The notes under the pieces are model-generated. The model did not search any database and was not told the DNA's origin. It saw nothing but the letters and a program-made list of their open reading frames with translations. Both the position numbers and the translations under genes were made by a program. Source: an uncultured Acidobacteriota bacterium (lineage in GTDB: Bacteria; Acidobacteriota; UBA6911). Taken from it: 64,000 nucleotides of DNA. The first letter of the stretch is position 1. Each line of letters begins with the position of its first letter. The stretch covers positions 1 through 64,000 of the forward strand of contig CAWHCF010000013.1 in the NCBI GenBank assembly GCA_963827655.1, written 5' to 3'. Shown here one piece after another: positions 1 through 9,818 of the stretch.

Positions 1-128
1 CTTCGAACTCGGCTAGCAGACGCTTGGGCGCGACCATCCGGTAGGCATACCGTGATGTATTCCCGTCAAATGTGGTGGATAAGATTTTTGCCCTTTGAGC
101 TATACTTCTCCAAAAAAGGAGCTACCCG

Positions 129-1145
129 ATGAGTGACTCAACTTCTTCGAGACGAGAATTCTTACATTCCGTATTAGGATCCGCGCTGGCCGTCTCGCTG
201 GCCGAGGACGTCCTTGCGCAAACTTCAACCGGCTCGGCCGGGATTCCCACACGCGTGCTCGGCCGCACCAAAGAACGGGTGTCGATTCTCTGCCTCGGTG
301 GCTGGCACATTGGAGCAGTCAAGGAAAAAACCGAAGCGATTCAGATCATGCATGCGGCCATCGACGAGGGCATTAACTTCTTCGATAACGCCTGGGACTA
401 CCATAACGGCCGTTCTGAAGAGTGGATGGGTGAGGCTCTTTCCTCCGGCAGCCGGCGCAACAAGGTTCTTCTCATGACGAAAAACTGCGAGCGCGACTAC
501 GAAGGTTCGAAAAAGAATCTCGAGGACAGCCTGCGGCGCCTTCGTACCGACCGCATCGATCTGTGGCAGTTTCATGAGATGGTCTACGACAGCGATCCCG
601 ACTGGGTTATCGAAAAAGGGGGGTTGAAAGCAGCTCTGGAAGCGCAAAAGGCAGGCAAGGTCCGCTACATCGGTTTCACCGGCCACAAAGATCCGCGTAT
701 TCATCTCAAGATGCTGGGAAAGAACCACCCCTGGGATGCGGCTCAGATGCCGATCAACGTGTTGGATGCCCATTACCGGAGTTTCCAGAACGAAGTCGTG
801 CCTGTATGCTTGAAGAAAAATGTGGGTGTGATAGGAATGAAAAGCCTGGCCGGCGGATCTCCACGCGGTCGAATTCCGGTCGCGCTCGGGGTCTCGGCTC
901 AGGATTGTATCCGGTTCGCGCTGAGCGTTCCGGTTTCGAGCCTGGTTGTGGGAATCATGTCGATGGACGACTTGAAGCAGGACGTCGCGATCGCCCGCGG
1001 TTTCAAGCCCATGCCGGATACGGAGAAGACACAACTCTTGACCCGCGTGCGGGACGAGGCGAGCGATGGGCGCCACGAACTGTTCAAATCCACGCAGACG
1101 TTCGACGGCCCGCATCATCGCAAGCAGCACAACTTCGCCGTGTAA
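129..1145 (+). CDS. Aldo/keto reductase with twin-arginine (Tat) signal
   Basis: N-terminal SRREFL, then CLGG, FFDNAWDY, LRRLRTDRIDLWQFH and GKVRYIGFTGH aldo/keto reductase motifs; AAGGAG RBS upstream. Confidence 0.9.
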   Translation: MSDSTSSRREFLHSVLGSALAVSLAEDVLAQTSTGSAGIPTRVLGRTKERVSILCLGGWHIGAVKEKTEAIQIMHAAIDEGINFFDNAWDYHNGRSEEWMGEALSSGSRRNKVLLMTKNCERDYEGSKKNLEDSLRRLRTDRIDLWQFHEMVYDSDPDWVIEKGGLKAALEAQKAGKVRYIGFTGHKDPRIHLKMLGKNHPWDAAQMPINVLDAHYRSFQNEVVPVCLKKNVGVIGMKSLAGGSPRGRIPVALGVSAQDCIRFALSVPVSSLVVGIMSMDDLKQDVAIARGFKPMPDTEKTQLLTRVRDEASDGRHELFKSTQTFDGPHHRKQHNFAV

Positions 1146-1176
1146 GCTGGAAGTCCTTGGTGTTCGAGGGCCGTCT

Positions 1177-1700
1177 GCGTGCTTCGCGGGTGGGGAGCAG
1201 CAGGAGGTGAACGATCCATCCGTAGGATAACGAACTCGATTCGGCCGGTCTGTATCGGCGAGCCTGCTGGCGTAAGGCAAAACCTAGACCCGCAAAAGCG
1301 GGAGACTCGACGAGCTGAGGGGTAGCGTGCGAAAGCGACGTTGGGGGACTGACTGGTGGTTGGAGACGGAGGGATCGGAAGATCAAGTGCGTGAATCAGG
1401 GAGACCTGCTCGTAGCAGGAGCCGGAGTTCATGCTCGGAAGAGCCGAAGAGCCGGGCGGGCAGGAGTCAGAGCGCTCATAAGAGCGGGGAAGGGCCGTAA
1501 TGGGCCTGGAGCAAAGGAGCGCAGGGAGGTGGATGCATGGATGCGTGACTGACAGAAGACAAACCGACGCTAGTGCCCAAGGGCTATGCGAGTCGGAGAG
1601 AGCGACGGGTTGAAACCCGTGGCCGGAACTGGCAGCGCACGTGAGATGCATGTTGACAGCCTTGGTCATCCGGGCAACTGGAAACCAATCTCTTATGTAG
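1177..1700 (+). mobile_element. Group II intron 5' remnant (domains I-III plus first codons of the RT ORF; RT body and domains V-VI missing)
   Basis: Blocks I recognise from bacterial group IIB-type introns: GCGGGTGGGGAGCAGCAGGAGGTGAACGA..CCGTAGGATAACGAACTCGATTCGGCCG and GGAGTCAGAGCGCTCATAAGAGCGGGGAAG..GGAGCAAAGGAGCGCAGGGAGGTGGATG, followed by ATGTTGACAGCCTTG (MLTAL, resembling an intron RT start). Recognition is by eye, not by a model search. Confidence 0.7.
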
Positions 1701-1737
1701 TGTCTTCGTGACTTAGCGGTAGCTCTTCTAGGGTCGG

Positions 1738-2163
1738 CTATTCGCCGATTATCTTGATCAGCACCCGTTTGGGCCTTTTCCCATCCCACTCACCATAGAA
1801 GATCTGTTCCCAGGTTCCGAAGTCGAGCTTCCCTTCGGTAATGGCTACGAGAACCTCGCGTCCCATCAGCTGCCGCTTGATGTGGGCGTCCGCGTTGTCC
1901 TCCCCCGTGTCGTTGTGCCTCCACTGTTCGGTAGGTTCATGGGGCACCAGCTTCTCGAAGAATCGCAGGTAATCATCGTGAAGTCCCGGCTCATCATCAT
2001 TGATAAACACGGAAGCGGTAATATGCATGGGATTCACAAGGCAGATCCCTTCCCGTATGCCCGACTCAGCCAGAGCTTTCTTTATCTCACCCGTAATATT
2101 GACCAGCCCCATTCTTGACTGGACCTTCATGGTCAGAACTTTGCGAAATGACTTCATAGACAA
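1738..2163 (-). CDS. yjbQ: YjbQ/UPF0047 family protein (secondary thiamine-phosphate synthase)
   Basis: HITAS..IN, NADAHIK and [16 protein letters not shown] motifs. Confidence 0.9.
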   Translation of the reverse strand: MSMKSFRKVLTMKVQSRMGLVNITGEIKKALAESGIREGICLVNPMHITASVFINDDEPGLHDDYLRFFEKLVPHEPTEQWRHNDTGEDNADAHIKRQLMGREVLVAITEGKLDFGTWEQIFYGEWDGKRPKRVLIKIIGE

Positions 2164-2233
2164 GCACCTCCCCCTTCTTTGGCAAGATTCTTGGTGTTTC
2201 TTCGTGTCTTGGAGTCTTAGTGGTATTTGATCA

Positions 2234-3007
2234 TTACCGGCCCAGCAGACGATTCAGTCGGTCGGGATAGTTCGTGATAATCCGATCGACGCCCAGCCGA
2301 ATCATTCGCCTGAAATCTTCCTCCTCGTTGACTGTCCAGACTGTGATGGTAAGACCGCGGTCGCGAGCCCTTCCCGCAAGCTCTGGAGTCAAGAGCCGGT
2401 AGTCGATCGCTAGCTCGTTTGCGCCGGGCCGCACCGCGGCGTCGACGGGGTCAGGCTCCGGTGTCTCTACCAGCAAGGCGGTAGGAATAGAGCGATCCAG
2501 CGATTTGATTTTTTCCAGTGAATGAGGGCTGAACGATTGGATGACCGTGCGTTTGTGAACGTGATTGCGACGGAGCAGATCGAGGAGCCTGGCTTCAAAC
2601 TCCGCAGGATACAATTCTGGATTCTTGGTCTCAATGTAAAAGCTGACCGGGTCTCCCTTGGCCAGATCTATGATCTCCTGAAGCGTCGGGATTCGCTGTC
2701 CGGCATACTCAGGCCGGGCTTTGGCGGAAAAGGCCTCGTTGAACCAGCTGCCGGCGTCCAGTTCTTTCAACTGGGCCAGTGTTTTTTCTGCCACGGGACC
2801 CTTGCCGTTGGTGGTACGGTCGAGAGAGGGATCATGTATCGCCACGAGTTCGCCATCGCGGGTCATCTGGACGTCCAGCTCCAGAAAATCGACTTTCATT
2901 TGCAATGCGAGGCGGAATGCGGCCATTGTCGTCTCCGGAGCGTGTCCTGAAGCTCCGCGATGCGCCAGAACCTGAGGTGACCTGTTGGAAAACAAAGGGC
3001 TTGCCAT
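2234..3007 (-). CDS. Glycerophosphodiester phosphodiesterase
   Basis: [30 protein letters not shown] and IITNYPD motifs. Confidence 0.93.
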   Translation of the reverse strand: MASPLFSNRSPQVLAHRGASGHAPETTMAAFRLALQMKVDFLELDVQMTRDGELVAIHDPSLDRTTNGKGPVAEKTLAQLKELDAGSWFNEAFSAKARPEYAGQRIPTLQEIIDLAKGDPVSFYIETKNPELYPAEFEARLLDLLRRNHVHKRTVIQSFSPHSLEKIKSLDRSIPTALLVETPEPDPVDAAVRPGANELAIDYRLLTPELAGRARDRGLTITVWTVNEEEDFRRMIRLGVDRIITNYPDRLNRLLGR

Positions 3008-3047
3008 GGTCGCAAGGAAACAAGCTGAATGAGGCCAGGTAACGATA

Positions 3048-3122
3048 GCAGGATCTAGGATTTAGGATCTAGGATTCAGGCGCGACCCGCCAACAACCGA
3101 ATCTTGAATCCGTGAATTCTGG
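3048..3122. repeat. Heptamer (AGGATCT/AGGATTC-type) array with an inverted counterpart
   Basis: aggatct aggattt aggatct aggattc followed by gaatctt gaatccg tgaattc; a related array occurs at about 42370-42400. Confidence 0.6.
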
Positions 3123-3232
3123 ATAAAATAACCGCAGATTTGTCGAATTTTTGTCGCTCCTTCGTCTAATAGTACAAGCCCTGGGCGTTGGTGCCGGCCC
3201 GAGACGACCTTCACCCGAGGGGAAGGAGCAAA

Positions 3233-3856
3233 ATGCACACGCAAGCCTTTATGAGTCCGCCATCGAGTTTGAATCCGATGGTTTTCGACTCTGACACAGA
3301 ACCGCCGGGGGAGGTTGCTGAAGCCCCAAGCTTCGAAGAGTTGTTCCACCACTACCATTCTCTGGTCTACGGGATCGGGTTCAGGTTCACAGGCAATCAG
3401 GAGGACGCGGAAGACGTCACGCAGGAGGTCTTCACAAAAGTGTGGAGAAGTCTCCATGATTTTAACTACAATTCCTCCCTTAAAACCTGGATTTATCGGA
3501 TCACTCTGAATACTTGTATAGATCATTCCCGAAAGCCATGGAAAAAATACGGGCAGGGCAATGCTGGTCCCGAGCAGAATCTCGAGCGAAGCGAACAGGA
3601 TCGACTGCCGAGCGACGAGGAGAGCGCGGAGAGCAAACTGCTCGTGAAGGAGACGGTCGCTCAGGTGCGAAAGGCCATTACGGGGCTGAGGCCGCACCTG
3701 AAGTCCGTTCTGGTCCTGAAGGATCTCGAGGGTTTGAGCTATAATGAAATCTCGTCGGTTCTGGGGCTTAGCCTCGGCACCATCAGTTCGAGACTCAACC
3801 GAGCCCGCAGATCGCTGCAGGCTGCCTTGTCCGTCTTGGCGATAGAGGAATCCTAG
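3233..3856 (+). CDS. ECF RNA polymerase sigma factor
   Basis: DAEDVTQEVF, SLKTWIYRIT.N, EGLSYNEIS..LG.SLGTI.SRLNRAR; AAGGAG RBS before ATG at 3233. Confidence 0.93.
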   Translation: MHTQAFMSPPSSLNPMVFDSDTEPPGEVAEAPSFEELFHHYHSLVYGIGFRFTGNQEDAEDVTQEVFTKVWRSLHDFNYNSSLKTWIYRITLNTCIDHSRKPWKKYGQGNAGPEQNLERSEQDRLPSDEESAESKLLVKETVAQVRKAITGLRPHLKSVLVLKDLEGLSYNEISSVLGLSLGTISSRLNRARRSLQAALSVLAIEES

Positions 3857-3859
3857 CGC

Positions 3860-4672
3860 ATGTTGTGTCTGCGCACACGACGGCTGATTTCCGCTTTTAT
3901 CGATCGTGAATTGGACCCGGCGACAGCATCGCGCCTTTCGGCTCATTTGGGCTGGTGTCGCTGGTGTCGCCGGGAAGCGCAGCGAGTCGGCCAAGGAGCC
4001 CATCTTGCCCGGGAGGTACGCATCGAAGCGATTTCGCCTCCCAGGAATTCAAAACTTGCGGCCATCATGGCGCTGGAGAGGAAACCGGCCGGGTCAGCCG
4101 GCTCCCCCTCACGTTTTTTCACTCTGGTCGTCGTGACGGCACTGCCGATTGCTGCCGTCGCCACGCTGATTTATTGGCAAGGAAACAGCTCCTGGCTCTT
4201 CCGGGGAACAACTGCCGCCTACGCGCTCGACTTTGGTCTTCATCCGCAGGATTCGCAGGATGATGTGCTGAGTGGGTTTCGTCGCAGGTACAGCGGAAAG
4301 TTTCGGGAGTTTCCGGCGAAAGGAAAACCGGATCCCGCCCTGGTGCCTTTCAAGTTCAAATTCCCGTCAGAGCTCCCCTCGGGCATGCGGTTGAAGAGCG
4401 TCATGATTTTCGATTCGCGTTTTTGTGGTAGCCTGGGCCTGGTGTTCACCGACGGAACGAGAAATCTTTGCCTGGTGCAGCAGCCGGCCGACCGCCCGAT
4501 TCTGTTCTCGGGTCTGAAGACAACCACAGATGAGTTTTGCAAATACAACGTCACCCATTGCAGGGTCGGCGAATACAGCATGGTTGCGTGGACCGCAGAC
4601 ACCATCCGCTCTGTGGTCTTGTCTAATCTCGATCGCGGTCAAATCGAAGCTACGATGGCTTCCTTGCGCTAA
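3860..4672 (+). CDS. Zinc-binding (zf-HC2/ZAS) transmembrane anti-sigma factor
   Basis: C..(ISAFIDREL)..HLGWCRWC gives HxxxCxxC; one TM helix; extracytoplasmic domain; starts 3 bp after the sigma gene. Confidence 0.85.
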   Translation: MLCLRTRRLISAFIDRELDPATASRLSAHLGWCRWCRREAQRVGQGAHLAREVRIEAISPPRNSKLAAIMALERKPAGSAGSPSRFFTLVVVTALPIAAVATLIYWQGNSSWLFRGTTAAYALDFGLHPQDSQDDVLSGFRRRYSGKFREFPAKGKPDPALVPFKFKFPSELPSGMRLKSVMIFDSRFCGSLGLVFTDGTRNLCLVQQPADRPILFSGLKTTTDEFCKYNVTHCRVGEYSMVAWTADTIRSVVLSNLDRGQIEATMASLR

Positions 4673-4678
4673 TTCCCA

Positions 4679-5197
4679 ATGCCAAAGTTAATGCGACGTT
4701 CGTTACTGTTTCTCGTAGTCCTATTATCGTTCGAGGTGTTTGTTCCTGCGTCGGACCCGCCCGCCGCTGTCCCGCCGTTTCGGTTGAAGTTGCTGGACGG
4801 CACGGTCATGCACAACAAAGATCTCAAGGAACGCGTGGCAATTATCGACTTCTGGGGCACGTGGTGCGGGCCGTGCGTCGCCGAGATCGGTGACTACAAT
4901 CGCTTTTTCAACGACTACAAGGACAAGGGAATCCGCTTCGTAGGAGTGGCCGTCGATTCCGGAACCGAAGGCGAGGTACGTCAGGAGGTAAAGCGGCTGA
5001 AGATCGGATATCCGGTTGCGGTTCCCAGCTTGAAGGAGCTGGATGCGTTCGGCGAAATTCTGGTTTTTCCCACCACATGGGTCGTCGACGGAAAAGGCAA
5101 GGTGCGTAAGGTGTTCTTGGGCGCACCCCCGGACAAACACAAGACGCTGCGCGCCGTGGTTGACGGGCTGCTGAAGGAACGCAAAGCTCCCCGATAA
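4679..5197 (+). CDS. TlpA/ResA-family thiol-disulfide reductase
   Basis: Signal peptide, DFWGTWCGPC, FPTTWVVDGKG. Confidence 0.9.
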   Translation: MPKLMRRSLLFLVVLLSFEVFVPASDPPAAVPPFRLKLLDGTVMHNKDLKERVAIIDFWGTWCGPCVAEIGDYNRFFNDYKDKGIRFVGVAVDSGTEGEVRQEVKRLKIGYPVAVPSLKELDAFGEILVFPTTWVVDGKGKVRKVFLGAPPDKHKTLRAVVDGLLKERKAPR

Positions 5198-5242
5198 GCT
5201 GCGCGTTTCCAGGCGTCTTCACGCCTTCGCCGCGGTACCGCG

Positions 5243-6124
5243 TCACTTCACGATCAGCACCGGACACGGGACGCGCTCCGCTACCCTTGTGGGTTTGCTC
5301 CCGAACAGGAATTTTTTCAGCTCAGACATTCGGCTTTCGCCCATCACGACCAGGGTATCTTCACGAGCATGAGCTGCGATTTGTTCCACGACGTTCCCGA
5401 CCCGCACAGAAATCGAATGTTGAATTCCCGCCTTGGTCAGAAACTTCGAGGCGCGCTCTGCGCCCTCCATCGCCACGTGCTCCCGACCCTTGAACTTGGC
5501 CACCGATAGCAGCAGCACCGGCCACTTCATGAACCGTGCCAGTTTCGCGCCGAAGAGTTCTGCCTTGCGTGAGGCCGGAGAGCTGTCGGTGCAAATCAGA
5601 AACTCGTATTTTGTATCTTGGGGGTTCTTGACGATCAGCATCGAGCAGTCAATGAACTGCACCAGTTTTTGCAAGATATGGCGCTGCTGACTTGCGCCGA
5701 ATATGACCAGGTCGTGCTGATCGGATTCCACTTCCTTGTTTACCTCGGTGATGATATCCCCTTCCCGTAGGCGCAAGCGGATGTTCTCTCCGTGAATGCC
5801 GTAGACGTGCAGCTCGTAGGCTCCGCGAATGCCGGGCTTGAGCGCGTGTCGCTGCACGACCTGGCCGGAAGGATCCATCTTCAGCGCTCCTTCCTCCTGA
5901 AGAATAGAGCGGGCTGCGCGGAGAACCTTGACGCCCGGCAACTCGATTTCCCACTCTGAGAGTTTTTCCTGGGCCATTTTTACTTCCTGCCGCACCGCGT
6001 GGGGTGCTTTAGGCTGCACGTACACGACCGAAACGTCGGCTTCAAATGCTTTGGCTATTCTCGCGCCGAAGCGAATGGTCTCGACCGAGGCTTCCACGCC
6101 GCCAATACACATAAGGAATTTCAT
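5243..6124 (-). CDS. Universal stress protein (two USP domains)
   Basis: DLVIFGAS, LVVMGES..KFLFGS...V...VPCPVLIVK. Confidence 0.8.
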   Translation of the reverse strand: MKFLMCIGGVEASVETIRFGARIAKAFEADVSVVYVQPKAPHAVRQEVKMAQEKLSEWEIELPGVKVLRAARSILQEEGALKMDPSGQVVQRHALKPGIRGAYELHVYGIHGENIRLRLREGDIITEVNKEVESDQHDLVIFGASQQRHILQKLVQFIDCSMLIVKNPQDTKYEFLICTDSSPASRKAELFGAKLARFMKWPVLLLSVAKFKGREHVAMEGAERASKFLTKAGIQHSISVRVGNVVEQIAAHAREDTLVVMGESRMSELKKFLFGSKPTRVAERVPCPVLIVK

Positions 6125-6136
6125 GAAATCATCCTC

Positions 6137-7547
6137 TTATATCGGCAGTACCAGACGCCAGTAGGTTTGCGAAAGCGCCAGCAACAGAATAAGCGAGGCC
6201 AGGGTCATCCAGATGCCGGCTCGCAGGTAAGCGCGAGGCTGGAGATACCCGCTGCTGAAAATGATCGTGTTGGGAGGTGATCCGATGACGGTCATATAGG
6301 TAAAGGCTGACGACATCGCGGTCACAAAGCCCATGGCCAGGACCGAGGTGCCGGTATCGAGCGCGACATTCAAGACAATGGGTGTGAGAATGCCGAGCGC
6401 CGGCGCGCGGCTGATAAAACTGGAGACGGCGACGGCGAGGATGGCTACGGCGCTGATAAGGGCTACTCCCGAGTGGATGCCCAAGCCGGAGATTCCTTCC
6501 ATAAAGAGTCTGGCAACCCACGCTGCAGCTCCGGTGTCTTCAATGGCCCCGCCGAGCGAAATCGTCGAGGCGTAAATCAGAAACACCCCCCAGTTGACCC
6601 CGGCGTTCAAATCCTCCCAATCAACGAGGCCCGCGATCAGGTAAAGACTCACGCCGATCAGCGCGGGAGTTCCCAGTCCGATCTTCCCGCTGGCAAATAC
6701 CAACATCAGCAGGGTCATGCCAAAGATTGCGACCGTAAGCCAGTCGCGGCTGTGCATTTTCCCCTCCCCCAAGACCTGGGCGCGCAGCTTGCGAATGGCT
6801 GTCGAAAGATCAGATTTTTCGGGTGAGAAGCTCCGCAGCAGAATCAATGCCAGAACCGGCGCCTGAATGACCACCATCGGATACGCATACTTGATCCAGT
6901 CAAAATAGCTGACCTTGATCTGGTACAGGCGTGACCAGTATTCGATCATGATAGCATTACGCGCCCCTCCGCTCGGAGTCCCGAGGCCTGCGATAGCGCA
7001 GGCATAGGCAATCGAGAAGAGGAGAAGCGCCGACAGCTCCGGGCACTTTTTGGGGTCCTCGCTCGCGTGCCGGATCAGGCTCATCGCAACCGGCATCATG
7101 ATGGCTGCCACGGTGTGTTCGCCAATGACCGAGGCCAGTCCGGCCGATACGATGATCAGGCCCAGCGTGATCCGGTTTATCTTGGGGCCGGTTATCCGAA
7201 AGATCGCCACCGCGAGACGCCGGTCGAGCTCGCTGCTTCACGATCACCACGCCCAGCATCAGGGATCCCAGGATGAAGAAAACCGAGTCGTTCATGAAGG
7301 TCTGGGCGACTTCTGTGGGAGTGGCGATTCTGAAAAGGACCTGGAAAACGGCAATCAGCAGCGCGATCGCAGGTAGAGGAATAGGTTCAGTGATGAAGAG
7401 AATCATGGCGACCAGCGCAATGACCAGGGCCTCGCGCCCAGGTTCTGTCAGGCCTTGAGGTGGGGGGGGCAGAAGCAGGAGCCCGCCAGCAAGAAAGGCT
7501 ACAAGCAGCCATTTGTGCTGGATAGCCCAGTAGAGAAAGCTTCTCAT
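6137..7547 (-). CDS. DASS/SLC13 sodium:anion (sulfate/dicarboxylate) symporter, one frameshift near 7232
   Basis: ORFs 6957..7547 and 6137..7210 join as IVKQ-LDRRLAVAI; GLGTPSGGARNAI and GSPPNTII SLC13 motifs; many TM helices. Confidence 0.85.
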
Positions 7548-8206
7548 GCCGTTTTGCGTCTATTCCAGCGCGAGTCTCCGCGGATCAGCAGCTCGTCGAG
7601 CGCAGTCTGAAGCTGCTGCTGCGCGATCTCGAGCTCGCGTTCGCCGGCATCGGCTTTTACATAGATAGCCGGCGCCATCAGGACCAGAGTCCGGCTGAAA
7701 GGCTTTGGAATTTGAAAATGATCCCAGCTCCGGAGGACCCATTTCTTCTCCGGAGCGATGTGAAAGGGAAAGATTGCGCTTCCTGTTTTCGAAGCTATCC
7801 ATGCGGCGCCTGGCTTGGCGACGTAACGCGGGCCACGGGGTCCATCTATCGTGAAACCGACATCATGCTGATGGCGTAATTGGTGGATCATCTCTACGAG
7901 GGCACGGCGTCCTCCGCGACTGCTCGAGCCGCGGGCGGCTCCGTAGCCAAAGCGCCGGATCACCGGCGCGATGTATTCCCCATCCCGGTTCTGGCTGGTC
8001 ATCACGACGATGCCGCGGTTGCGCCAGAAGTAGATTGCCAGGAAGATTCGTCCATGCCAGCAGGTGTAGATGATTCTCTTGTTTGCCTGCTCGATTGCGC
8101 CGTGGTTCTCCCAACCATCCACTTCCCAGCGAAGGGTCAGGCACAGTATCCGGATACTCCAGTAGCCCAGCTGGGATATAAGCCAGGTCTTGAACCGTTC
8201 AGCCAT
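7544..8206 (-). CDS. DUF374 / lysophospholipid acyltransferase family protein
   Basis: WHGR, SQNRDGE, RGSSSRGG, DGPRGP, SWDHFQIPKPF. Confidence 0.88.
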   Translation of the reverse strand: MAERFKTWLISQLGYWSIRILCLTLRWEVDGWENHGAIEQANKRIIYTCWHGRIFLAIYFWRNRGIVVMTSQNRDGEYIAPVIRRFGYGAARGSSSRGGRRALVEMIHQLRHQHDVGFTIDGPRGPRYVAKPGAAWIASKTGSAIFPFHIAPEKKWVLRSWDHFQIPKPFSRTLVLMAPAIYVKADAGERELEIAQQQLQTALDELLIRGDSRWNRRKTA

Positions 8207-8211
8207 CTCAA

Positions 8212-8598
8212 TTTCGGATTGTCGGATTGCGGATTGCAGATTGCGAGGACGCGATTCGCAGTCTGAATCCGGAATCGATTCTGTGCGATTTAAGCAGGCA
8301 AGTCAAATTTGCCGATTGCCGATTACGGATTGCCTCGATTGCGGATTGCAGATTGCGGATTGCGATTGCGAGTGACTCAGGATCTGCAATACTGCAATTC
8401 GCAATCTGCAATCCGTAATCGAAGGATCGCATCAGTATAATGCGGATTTGTCGAATGACTGTCGCACGTTCTTTACGGTAAAATCCGCAATCTGAAATCC
8501 GCAATCCGCAATCGAGGAGATCTGCAATCGATATATAATGCGGATTGGTCGAATGAGTCACGTTCTTTAAAATCCGCAATCCGCAAATCTGAAATCGG
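8212..8598. repeat. Heptamer GATTGCG/CGCAATC array arranged as inverted arms, with an internal ~90 bp duplication
   Basis: Runs of ggattgc/gattgcg at 8215-8370 and reverse-complement runs (cgcaatc, ctgaaatc) at 8383-8597. Confidence 0.85.
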
Positions 8599-8608
8599 GA
8601 GGGGGGTC

Positions 8609-9772
8609 ATGACCGATATTTATCAGCCGAAGCCGGAAGATCGATTCACGTTTGGGCTCTGGACGGTCGGCAACCGGGGGCGAGACCCGTTTGGAGACTC
8701 AGTCCGAGCCACAATTCCGCCGGTGAGAATCGTGGAAAAACTCTCCAAGCTGGGCGCCTTTGGGGTCAATCTGCACGACAACGATCTGGTTCCGATCAAC
8801 GCCAGCGCGGCGCAGCGTGACCAAATCGTGACCGAGTTCAAAAAGGCTCTGGCCGATAACAACATGAAGGTTCCGATGGCAACCACCAATCTGTTCTATC
8901 ACCCCATATTCAAGGACGGCGCCTTCACGGCCAATGACCCGAAAGTAAGATCCTACGCTCTGCGAAAGACGATGGACTCGATCGACCTCGGGCACGAACT
9001 GGGCGCGCGCATTTACGTGTTCTGGGGCGGCAGGGAAGGGATCGAAGCCGATGCTGCGCGTGATCCCCGGGAGGCGATCAAATGGTTCCGCGAGTGCATG
9101 AACTTCCTGTGCGACTACGTAACGGACAACAACTACGGAATGAAGTTCGCGCTGGAGGCCAAGCCGAACGAGCCAAGAAGCGACCTTTATCTGCCCACTA
9201 CCGGAGCAATGCTTGCGTTTATTCCGACTCTCGATCACCCGGAGATGGTTGGAGTCAACCCAGAGTATGCGCATGAGACGATGCCGGGCCTGAATTTTCA
9301 TCATGCGGTGGCGCAGGCCTTGGAGTGCGGGAAATTGTTTCACATCGATCTCAACGGACAGAAACCAGGCAAGTACGACCAGGATCTTCGTTTTGGCTCG
9401 GAGGATCAGAAAGGCTGTTTCTTCCTGGTTAAGCTGCTTGAGGACTCCGGTTGGGACGGCCCGCGGCATTTCGACGCGCATGCCTATCGAACGGAGGATG
9501 AAGACGGAGTGTGGGATTTTGCCCTTGGCTGCATGCGGACCTACAACATCCTCAGGGAGAAGGCGCGGCGCTTCAATGCCGATCCAGAAATCCAGGGGTT
9601 GCTCGATGAGATCCGGGCCATGAACGGCAATGGCTGGCTGGGCGAGTACTCGAAGGAGAAAGTGAAGCAACTGCGCGCAAGCAAACTGGACATTGAGCAG
9701 CACGCTCAGCGCGGGCTCAAGTACGAGAAGCTGGATCAACTCACGACCGAATTGCTGCTGGGAATAAGGTAG
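8609..9772 (+). CDS. xylA: Xylose isomerase (class I, Streptomyces/Thermus-like)
   Basis: [57 protein letters not shown]. Confidence 0.95.
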   Translation: MTDIYQPKPEDRFTFGLWTVGNRGRDPFGDSVRATIPPVRIVEKLSKLGAFGVNLHDNDLVPINASAAQRDQIVTEFKKALADNNMKVPMATTNLFYHPIFKDGAFTANDPKVRSYALRKTMDSIDLGHELGARIYVFWGGREGIEADAARDPREAIKWFRECMNFLCDYVTDNNYGMKFALEAKPNEPRSDLYLPTTGAMLAFIPTLDHPEMVGVNPEYAHETMPGLNFHHAVAQALECGKLFHIDLNGQKPGKYDQDLRFGSEDQKGCFFLVKLLEDSGWDGPRHFDAHAYRTEDEDGVWDFALGCMRTYNILREKARRFNADPEIQGLLDEIRAMNGNGWLGEYSKEKVKQLRASKLDIEQHAQRGLKYEKLDQLTTELLLGIR

Positions 9773-9818
9773 AAACAAATACCACCAGGACACGAAGACA
9801 CACCAAGAGGTTGGAGAT

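Noticed and set aside
1-75. Minus-strand fragment AYRMVAPKRLLAEFE resembling an MmcQ/YjbR C-terminus
   Set aside because: Too short, at the window edge, and no open upstream frame supports it
225-1789. Long minus-strand ORFs 225..1280 and 1115..1789
   Set aside because: Shadow frames of the aldo/keto reductase gene and the intron remnant, with no protein motifs
8190-8579. ORFs reading IADCGLRIAD / IRNPQSAI
   Set aside because: They are translations of the heptamer repeat, not credible proteins
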